Of a DNA stretch of 64,000 bases, positions 1 to 11,892 are shown in pieces. The position numbers were made by a program, and so were the translations under genes. The notes under the pieces were generated by a model. The model saw only the letters and a list, made by a program, of their open reading frames with translations, was not told the origin of the DNA and ran no database searches. The stretch is from Macrostomum lignano. Its lineage: Eukaryota. The DNA lies in the NCBI GenBank assembly GCA_002269645.1, contig NIVC01001569.1, forward strand, positions 62,001 through 126,000, written 5' to 3'. Every line of letters begins with the position of its first letter. Position 1 is the first letter of the stretch.

Positions 1-2133
<2,133 letters not shown>

Positions 2134-2328
2134 CCTTTTTTTAACCTTAATAGCTTTCTCCCGCGCAAATTTGCGCTGGGAAAATTGTTTCTAGACTCTG
2201 AGTTGGTCTTCAAGAAACTATATGTATGGCTGCGAAATTCTCCAGAATCTTCAGCGGCGTCCTAAGCAGGTCTCGCATGTTGGCAATTTTTTAAACCTCT
2301 TAAGTCTCCAACCTCAACTTAGTTCACC

Positions 2329-2882
2329 ATGCTGCGAATTTTCAACTTAATCCTATTGCTGTCTTTCGCCGCTAATCTGCTTTTGAAAGCGGAAGTGAAT
2401 GGAGCACCGATCGCGTTTGATGATTTAGAATTGCCATCACTCGCTGCAGACACAAAAGGTAGGCATTGCCATCGGATTGCTTAATACTGAGTGGACGGCT
2501 GGGCCAGAGTAGCTTAGCGGTGAAACGCGTCCGACTCTTGCACCAGGAGTTCCTTGGTTCGAATCCGTGAGCGGTCAAATTAATTTGTGGCTCGTCCACG
2601 AGAATTAGTCTGAGAGCCTCTCGGCCCTATGAGAAAGTCTGTGTGCCACTGGCTGGCTATATACGGATCGAATCCGATATGTATCGAAAAACAACTTTGT
2701 TTCCATTTAGAAGAATTAAAATAGGAATAAAAAGTCCTGGGTTAGCCTTTAGGCCTTCGGTGTGCCTAACAGACGAATCTCATTCTAATATCCAATTAAC
2801 AGAACTGACAAACACCGATCTGCTGCTCCGGTTGATGAAGCGTTGCCGGCTCTACGATCACCGCGCCTGCCCCATTGGCTGA
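2329..2882 (+). CDS. Cyclic neuropeptide precursor 1 (69 aa; exons 2329-2458, 2803-2882); mature peptide CRLYDHRACPIG, vasopressin/oxytocin-like (platytocin-type), no neurophysin
   Basis: MLRIFNLILLLSFAANLLLKAEVNG signal-like N-terminus, then an acidic spacer. Phase-1 intron AAAG|GTAGGC ... TTAACAG|AA joins in frame. Dibasic KR precedes C-x7-C-P-I-G, then TGA. Confidence 0.85.
2501..2640 (+). mobile_element. tRNA-derived SINE-like element in the intron of neuropeptide gene 1 (3' end uncertain)
   Basis: Consensus Pol III A box TAGCTTAGCGG (2510-2520) and B box GGTTCGAATCC (2556-2566) at tRNA spacing. D, anticodon and acceptor stems do not pair. Confidence 0.6.
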
Positions 2883-3261
2883 GCGAGTTTGCCGACAGGA
2901 GGCGCCGGGCTAAATTCCTGGAAACCATGGAGCGTATTTATTATAACAAAGACTAAATGCCTAGAAGAACAAAGACTAAGCCCGCGTGTACTAATCACTA
3001 GAATTCTATCCTGCAGATGAGACTTTAGTCTCTTTCAAATTGCAATGCGAATACCTGATATTTGATTAACTGATCGCCCGAACGTAGCTGTCAGTTTTGA
3101 ATGGAATATATAGACAAATATATACTTCGACTTCGGCTTGCCATGCATTCATCCAAGATTCTTTATTACTTGATTTATAGCTGACAAACTGATTGATAGA
3201 CAGTCTAGCTGCAAGACATGACAGTGAGACAGGTACTAAGACAGGCATTTAGACAGACAGT

Positions 3262-3893
3262 ATAGGACAGGCACTATAGGACAGGCACTATAGGACTGGC
3301 ACTTATAGGACAGGCCCTATAGGACAGGCCCGTTTCTACAAAATTGGTGGAATAAATAATCAATAAAATTACAAGCATTATCTGTTCACCGTTTTTGTAG
3401 AAACGAGCTTCTTTAGAGGATCATAAAAATTGGATACGTATCAAGGACGTTCCTGCAACCAAAAAAGTTACGTATCGGAGACGTCTCACTTTCTATTGGA
3501 TACGTAATTTTGCTGTTCGGGATAGGACAGGCACTATAGGACAGGCCCTATAGGACAGGCACTATAGGACAGGCACTTATAGGACAGGCCCTATAGGACA
3601 GGCACTATAGGACAGGCACTTATAGGACAGGCCCTATAGGACAGGCACTATAGGACAGGCACTTATAGGACAGGCCCTATAGGACAGGCACTATAGGACA
3701 GGCACTTATAGGACAGGCCCTATAGGACAGGCACTATAGGACAGGCACTTATAGGACAGGCCCTATAGGACAGGCACTATAGGACAGGCACTATAGGACA
3801 GGCACTAAAAGACAGGCACTATAGGACAGGCACTTATAGGACAGGCACTAAAAGACAGGCACTAAAAGACAGGCACTATAGGACAGGTACAGG
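3262..3893. repeat. 14-15-bp minisatellite (GGACAGGCACTATA)n interrupted by a ~190-bp insertion (about 3330-3520)
   Basis: Direct reading. Confidence 0.9.
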
Positions 3894-4268
3894 CCTTATG
3901 CTTTTTGCTTATTTGAAAGCTTTTGCAATCCTTTTGCAGTATGCAGCGAAAATAGCCGTTGAGCTTTGTTCAAGACACTCGAGATGATAATTGCCGTATT
4001 TTTTCGCTTTCATGCAGACAGAAAGTGGGTGGGTGCGAATCAAAAGAAATTTTTTAGCCAATGAGAAAAATAGGTTTAGATCTGAGCAGGCTCTAATTGG
4101 AAGAATGTGAGCTCAACAAACTGGGCCCTCATGCATGCAACCCGATTTTAAATAAAATCTTTCCAAACTGGTTGGGTCCCTTTGCTTTAAGATCCGTAAA
4201 ACGAAATCTTATCTCCTAGAAACTATACCGGTAACTTTAATTCCCAAATTAATAACAAAGAATTGCTG

Positions 4269-5258
4269 ATGAACTTCTCTATCAAAATTGGCTGGTTACT
4301 ACTGGCAGTTCTGGTGCAACTGCTCATCATGCCAACCCCCTCAGAGCAGCTTACATTGAAGAGAACGCCAAAATTCGACATTATTCCAACGGAGCAGGCA
4401 ATAGTGCATGGATTTTCAACATGGTGCGAATTTTTTCAGCATATTTTGTTTTACTTTTTATAACTTTAAAGATTTTTTAAATTAGTATTATTAAAGAATT
4501 TTGGTAGTTAATCTGATCTAGTCTTAGTAAGAAATTAAATTTTAAAATGGCGCGCATTTTCTTCCGGTGTTTAATTTGTTTATTTTTGCAATGCTGTAAC
4601 CAAACAAAATTCAAGATTGATATTTAAGTAAGCATGAGTGAGGGAAAAATTACTTCAATAAACCGGATAAAATGATTTGTTTATTAATTTGTTTGTTTAT
4701 TAATAAAATAATTTGCCATACGCAAATTAAATTTTAAAATGGCGCGCATTTTCTTCCGGTGTTTAATTTGTTTATTTTTGCAATGCTGTAACCAAACAAA
4801 ATTCAAGATTGATATTTAAGTAAGCATGAGTGAGGGAAAAATTACTTCAATAAACCGGATAAAATGATTTGTTTATTAATTTGTTTGTTTATTAATAAAA
4901 TAATTTGCCATACGCAAATTAAATTTTAAAATGGCGCGCATTTTCTTCCGGTGTTTAATTTGTTTATTTTTGCAATGCTGTAAACAAAACAAAATTAAAG
5001 ATTGATATTTAAGTAAGCATGAGTGAGGGAAAAATTACTCCAATAAACCCGATAAAATGATTTGTTTATTTGCTTTCAGAAACGAGAAACAAGGTCGGCA
5101 ATGCCCAGCCAACTCTACAGTCGTCCACCCCCGGTACATCCAACCGCAAGAACCGCCCGGATTTGCCATTTAAAAAGTCCACTGTGCCGTTTGAGAAGCT
5201 GAGCCAGCTGGAAAAGCGATGTCGCATGTTTGACCACCGGGCCTGCCCGATCGGCTGA
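4269..5258 (+). CDS. Cyclic neuropeptide precursor 2 (exon 1 from 4269, exon 2 5080-5258; junction unresolved); mature peptide CRMFDHRACPIG
   Basis: Exon 1 encodes MNFSIKIGWLLLAVLVQLLIMPTPS, a signal peptide. Exon 2 follows TTTGCTTTCAG| and ends EKR-CRMFDHRACPIG-TGA, matching gene 1 at 10 of 12 residues. The obvious donor (4424) is phase 2 while the acceptor needs phase 1. Confidence 0.7.
4532..5070. repeat. 192-bp tandem repeat, about 2.8 copies, filling the intron of neuropeptide gene 2
   Basis: ATGGCGCGCATTTTCTTCCGG recurs at 4547, 4739 and 4931. Confidence 0.95.
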
Positions 5259-5409
5259 AGGTTGCAAGCTTTGCGAACAGGAAACTCGCGCATTCCATGC
5301 GTCTCTGTAGTGTTAATTGTTCTGTATGCCATTAGCGAAATAAGTGTCCAATATTTACCTGCAGTTGTATTCCAATTGTCTGACTCTGTACTGCACAGAT
5401 TACCCATCT

Positions 5410-5720
5410 GCTTACCCAAGGGAGTTGCGACTGACTCGCGACTGAAAGGTGGTCGGGGGTTCGATTCCCGATCCCACTCGGAACAATCTGTGTTCTTGAG
5501 CAAGACACCCAACTTCAGTTCACCCAGCTGTAAAATGGGTGCCAGCATTAGCTGGGGTAATTGGGGCTGTGTGTGGCGACCCCCCCACCCCCAGTCCTTG
5601 GACTGAACAGCCGTACGCAGCCTTCAGATGCGCCGCGCAATAGCTGCGGCTGAGCTGTCGGTTGCACATCTGCCAATTTAGGGCAGGTGTTAATCAAAGA
5701 TTTATTAATCATTATTATTC
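5410..5720 (+). mobile_element. tRNA-derived SINE with a CORE-like central domain
   Basis: B box GGTTCGATTCC (5458-5468). It is followed by TGTGTTCTTGAGCAAGACAC...CAGCTGTAAAATGGG (5489-5539), resembling the CORE-SINE consensus TGTGACCTTGGGCAAG...CTGTAAAATGGG, and by a simple AT-rich tail. Confidence 0.6.
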
Positions 5721-6477
5721 ATAGATTTCCCATTCGCTCTCATCACATCTTTTTTGGCTTCTTCGCAGTTTTTACAACTTATTTGGGCGTTAAAAAATCG
5801 ATAATGTTCATAATGCGTCAAAGCCTATGGCGCACTTGCAGACTATTGATGTTTCAAAGTGTTGTCTGATATTACAGCTAGGTGACAAGAATTGAAAAAA
5901 GCAAAGACACAACTTTGGAAAAAAGACAACGCAGCTACTTATATTTATTGTTTCGTTTGCAATTAATATTCGCGTTAAAGTGGGATAAGAGCGCCTTTTT
6001 CTCCATGTGACATGGGGGATTAAGACCTGCAGGCCCCTCTACCAAACTGACTGTCTTTGGGGGGGGGGGGCAGCTGAATTCTCAAGGAATTTATTGAAGG
6101 TACAAAAAGAGAAATGAAAATGAAACAAAATGCCTGACGGAGAGGCCATTCCAGCGGATGTCTCAGGTGTCACAGGCCCAAGCCAGGTGCCCACCAACCC
6201 CTGAGGCGCGGGGAGCAAAGGCGCCCCACGTCATCAGCTGGCCCAGCCGTCATAGCTAAACGCGGAGGTGCAAGTGGTTAAACCCCCCCCCCTGACAGCT
6301 TCCAAGGGCGAGTAAAACGGCGAGAAGGCGGAAAATGGACTGTTAACTGCGCGGCTTGTGCGGGGTTTCAATATGCGATTTTCTGCCGGGCATGCAGCTT
6401 GTTGGGCAAAGAAAAGAGGCCGGTTGCTGATGCAAACAAAGGATTGTTGAGCCATGCGAGACAAGAAAGAGGATTGA

Positions 6478-6805
<328 letters not shown>

Positions 6806-6889
6806 AGCTGTACAGGCAGGCCAAGCGCTGATCAGAGTGCTCCTGCAGAGGCACCCGCAAGCTGCCGCGACCCTCCCTATTTTCCCCTG

Positions 6890-9800
6890 TCAGTCAAGCA
6901 GGCAGATGCAGCCGTCGTTGGTCCCCACCGCGCAGACTCCATCCGCCCGGCAGTCGATGGCGGTGACGCAGTCGCCGAATCCCGACACAGTCGACACCGG
7001 CCGATTGAGGCTTCTGGCGTCGAAAAAGGCAACCCGACGGTCCTCGGTGCCGCAGGCGAAATCGTCGGCGTAGGATGAGGAACCGGCGCAGGGGCGGAGG
7101 CTGAGGCCGCTGCGAAGGGAGCCGCTCAGCCGGATTAGGGTGGCCGCCACCGGCCTTGAAAGGTGAGATTAATGTGGGAAGGGTGAGATGAAGGGGTGAA
7201 GGGTGAGATGAAGGGGTGAAGGGTGAGATGAAGGGGTGAAGGGTGAGATGAAGGGGTGAAGGGTGAGATGAAGGGGTGAAGGGTGAGATGAAGGGGTGAA
7301 GGGTGAGATGAAGGGGTGAAGGGTGAGGTGAAGGGTGAGATGAAGGGATGAAGGGTGAGATGCACTTGAAGAAGGGTGAGATAAACTTCATGAAGGGTGA
7401 GATGAATTCAGAGATGCCTGATATAGACTGATGGGAAGAGCAGATGAGAATGCGAGAGCTCACGACCAAGGCAGAAAATATTTTTTTTATTTGGGAAGGA
7501 TCGGAGTTGGGAAGAATGGGATTTGAAAAAAGCAGATTTAGAGAGAATGATATTTGAGAAGAATGGGATTTGGGAAGAATCGGAGTTGGGAAGAATCGGA
7601 TTTGGGAAGAATAGGATTTTGGAAGAATGGGATTTGGGAAGAGTTGGATTCGGATCAGAAAATCAAGATCTCAAGCAACGCTCACCCAGATCCGGTCCGC
7701 AGATCCCACAGCTTCACTGTGCCACCGCGGGCCGCCGTCAGAAAGGTCCACCCGGTGCCTGGCAGGACGGTAAACGCTGGCGGCCCGGCGGCTAACTGAC
7801 TGCCCGCCTCCTCAACGTAGGTTGCTAAGCAACCGGGTTGGCGCGAATTCAAATCGAATAGTCGAACAACGCGATCCGAGCAGGCGGCCAGGATGCAGTA
7901 GGAGTGCACAGAGTTCAACCCGCCGCAGGCCGTGACCTGCTGGCAGTCGGGGACGCTCAGGCTGAGCGCCTCCTTGCAGCGGCCAGCGGCGGAGCTGTAA
8001 GTCCTGACATCGTCTCGCTTCTCTGAGCCGTCGCCGAGGTGGCAGGCAAACAGGCGGATCCGGTTGCCCTGGGACAGCAGGAGGAATTTGTCCAGAAAGT
8101 AGAACTGGGCGTGGGTCAGCTCCGCCGGGCGGCACTTCGGCTGCTGGCCTAGACAGCAAAAGTAGAGGGCGGAAATGGGAGGAAGTAGACAGCGTAACGG
8201 GAAACAGTAGAGGGCGGAAATGGGAGGAAGTGGACAGCGTAACGGGAAAAAGTAGAGGGCGGAAATGGGAGGAAGTAGACAGCGGAACGGGAAAAAGTAG
8301 AGGGCGGAAATGGGAGGAAGTAGACAGCGGAACGGGAAAAAGTAGAGGGCGGAAATGGGAGGAAGTAGACAGCGGATAAAAAATGGCGAGCGGAAAACTG
8401 AGAAAGCAGAGAGCGGAGAAGCGCACCGCTGGCCCTCCTGAGCTCGCCCAGCTCCAGCAGCTGCCTGCCGGTGGCCAGACTCCACACCCGGCAAGCTCCA
8501 TCGCTGCTAGCGGTGAGCACTTTGTCTCCATTCAGGCTGCAGTCACCGGCAACAAGGGGCGCTCCGAAGCTCGCGCCAGCCAGCTGGGGACCTTGGCGCC
8601 GCTCTCTCATCGCCGCGGATCCCGGGTTCGCGCCCTCGAACAGAGCCGCTGTGCCGTTGGCGGCGCAGCACAGCAGCAGGCCGGCGTCACGTGACCGACA
8701 GAGCGGCAGCAGACGGAGCCGGGTCACCGGCGGCGATGTCCCAGCGTCGGTCGGGCGGATCGTCACGGCGATGCGGCTCGGCGCCTGCGGCTGCTGCTGT
8801 GCGGAGTTCGGCTGCAGCAGCCGCAGGAGTCGGTGGAGACTGCCGGTGCCGGAGCTTCGAGCAGGACTTGACAGCGGCAGCTTCTGCGGCGCTTGACGTC
8901 TGCGTGACGGCGGCTGCCTGGGGGCGCTGAAAGTTGCGGTTAGAGGGATGAGAGTTGAGAACAGGGAGGTGGAGTGGCACACGGGGAGCACACAGGGGAT
9001 CACACAGGGGATAACACAGGGGAGCACACAGGGGATCACACAGGGGATCACACAGGGGAGCACACAGGGGAGCACACAGGGGATAACACAGGGGAGCACA
9101 CAGGGGAGCACACAGGGGAGCACACAGGGGAGCACACAGGGGATCACACAGGGGAGCACACAGGGGATCACACAGGGGATCACACAGGGGAGCACACAGG
9201 GGAGCACACAGGGGATCACAGAGTAGAGGCCCACAGGGGTCATCGAGGGCAGTTCAAGAATCCAACAGGATGTGCAGGTCACTAACGCGGCTCCGTAGCC
9301 AGACGACTTGATTTTGTTGCGGAACGTGACGGGCTGGGAAGAATCAATCTTTCCCCGTCTGTTGAGGCCGCCGTAAGTTTTGCCTGCAACAACAAATTGG
9401 CGGCGCTGTTTGAGTTGAAATTGATTGCTGGCACACTGAGCAGCCGGAACTTCTCTATTCCAAATTTACTTACAAAATTGGACATTAGGAAAATTTTTGC
9501 ACAAACCCTTCTTATTCCTTCTTAGCATCAGTCTCATCCCTCAGCATCAATCTCATCTTCCAGCATCAATCTCATCCCCCAGCATCAATCTCATCCCTCA
9601 GCATCATCTCATCCTCCAGCATCAATCTCATCCCTCAGCATCAATCTCATCCCTCAGCATCAATCTCATCTCCCTTAGCATCAATCTCATCCCTCAGCAT
9701 CAATCTCATCCCTCAGCATCAATCTCATCCCTCAGCATCAATCTCATCCCTCAGCATCAATCTCATCCCTCAGCATCAATCTCAACCCTCAGCATCAATC

Positions 9801-11699
9801 TCATCCCTCAGCATCAATCTCATCCCTCAGCATTAATCTCATTTCCCTCAGCATCAATCTCATCGCTCAGCATCAATCTTATCCCTCAGCATCAATCTCA
9901 TCCCTCAGCATCAATCTCATCCCTCAGCATCAATCTCATCCCTCAGCATCAATCTCATCCCTCAGCAACGATCTCATCCCTCAGCATTAATCTCATCTCC
10001 CTCAGCATCAATCTCATCCTTCAGCATCAATCTCATCCCTCAGCATCAATCTCATCCTCCAGCATCAATCTCATCCCTCAGCATCAATCTCATCCTCCCA
10101 GCCTCAATCTCATCCCTCAGCATCAATCTCATCCCTCAGCATCAATCTTATCCCTCAGCATCAATCTCATCCCTCAGCATCAATCTCATCCCTCAGCATC
10201 AATCTCATCCCTCAGCATCAATCTCATCCCTCAGCATCAATCCTATCCCTCAGCATCAATCTCATCCCTCAGCATCAATCTCATCCCTCAGCATCAATCT
10301 CATCCCTCAGCATCAATCTCATCCCTCAGCATCAATCTCATCCCTTAGCAACTAGCAACGATCTCATCCCTCAGCATCAATCCTATCCCTCAGCATCAAT
10401 CTCATCCCTCAGCATCAATCTCATCCCTCAGCATCAATCTCATCCTCCCAGCATCAATCTCATCCTCCCAGCCTCAATCTCATCCCTCAGCATCAATCTC
10501 ATCCTCCCAGCCTCAATCTCATCCCTCAGCATCAATCTCATCCTCCCAGCATCAATCTCATCGCTCAGCATATCAATCTCATCCTCCCAGCCTCAATCTC
10601 ATCCCTCAGCATCAATCTCATCCTCCCAGCCTCAATCTCATCCCTCAGCATCAATGTCATCCTCCCAGCCTCAATCTCATCCCTCAGCATCAATCTCATC
10701 CTCCCAGCCTCAATCTGTAGGCAGTTCTGTTCTCTAAAAGCAAACTGCGGTCAACAGAAAAAAGAATATTTTGTCTCGCTGCCTGTAGAAAGCCATCGGA
10801 CACCGCCATTTGCGTAACCAAATTGCACACTAATCAGCTTAACAAACGCTGCTTATTAGTAAAAGCTTTTTAAAGATTATTTTTCAAACAAAAATGTTGA
10901 AATACCCTTGCCAGTCACCTCCAGGGTTCATTTTTCATCTGTGCAAGATTTCCAAGTGAAAAAGCTAAATTTTAGTTCTTCGATTGAATTAGCTTGTAAT
11001 TGCTAACTATGCTACTCGAAGTAAAATAAAGATATTTTTAACTTTTTAATATAACTTATGGAGGAAAACCGAGGCACTGACTTGAAAATATGGTTTCCCT
11101 AGCTCGAGCAGCAGATCCCGAAGTCGAGTTGGTTCCTTTCGACGCGTTGGCTCTCTCAGGCATGGCAACTGCCAAAGGTGACCCCGGATTTAGCGGCACC
11201 GTGGCGGCGAATCCCCCGATGGTGTTCAAATCGCTGTCACCATTGACAGCTTCGTTTGATCGGCAGCAGCTCAGGCTGAGCACCTGACCGCCATCGGTGC
11301 TTGAGACGACTTTCACGTCGGCAACAAACACGCTGAGCACCTCATCTTCAGTATCGTCCCCTGCTTCATCAATGTTCTCCGGGTGCCGCTGTGCTGAGAA
11401 CCTGCTCAAACCCGTGCAGCTGCTGACAATGACAGCTCGCTCGCAAATGAACTGACGAATTCCCGATGAACCCACGGCCTCGGCAAAGCTGATAAATCGA
11501 AGCTTTTGAAGCGAGGCCGCGTTCACCAGGTGAACGCCCAGCGCTGTGACCGCCAGGAGGCACCACCAGGACAGGCCGAAACCGTTAGAGGACTGGGCAG
11601 GTTGGATGAGGAATTGCGGGAGGCTGCATGATGGCCGGAGAGACAGACAGACAGTCAGACAGACAGACAGACAGACAGACAGTCAGACAGACAGACAGG

Positions 11700-11733
<34 letters not shown>

Positions 11734-11742
11734 CACAGACAC

Positions 11743-11777
<35 letters not shown>

Positions 11778-11786
11778 CACAGACAC

Positions 11787-11821
<35 letters not shown>

Positions 11822-11822
11822 C

Positions 11823-11892
<70 letters not shown>

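Noticed and set aside
2501-2577. Intact tRNA gene
   Set aside because: A and B boxes are present, but the acceptor, D and anticodon stems do not base-pair, so a SINE head is more likely.
2844-2879. Canonical vasotocin/conopressin nonapeptide gene
   Set aside because: The ring is C-x7-C rather than C-x4-C, there is no GKR followed by neurophysin, and the peptide is C-terminal.
4547-4627. MARIFFRCLICLFLQCC.. ORF in the 192-bp unit as an alternative signal-peptide exon
   Set aside because: Every copy hits a stop before the GTAAGC donor, and the exon at 4269 encodes a much better signal peptide.
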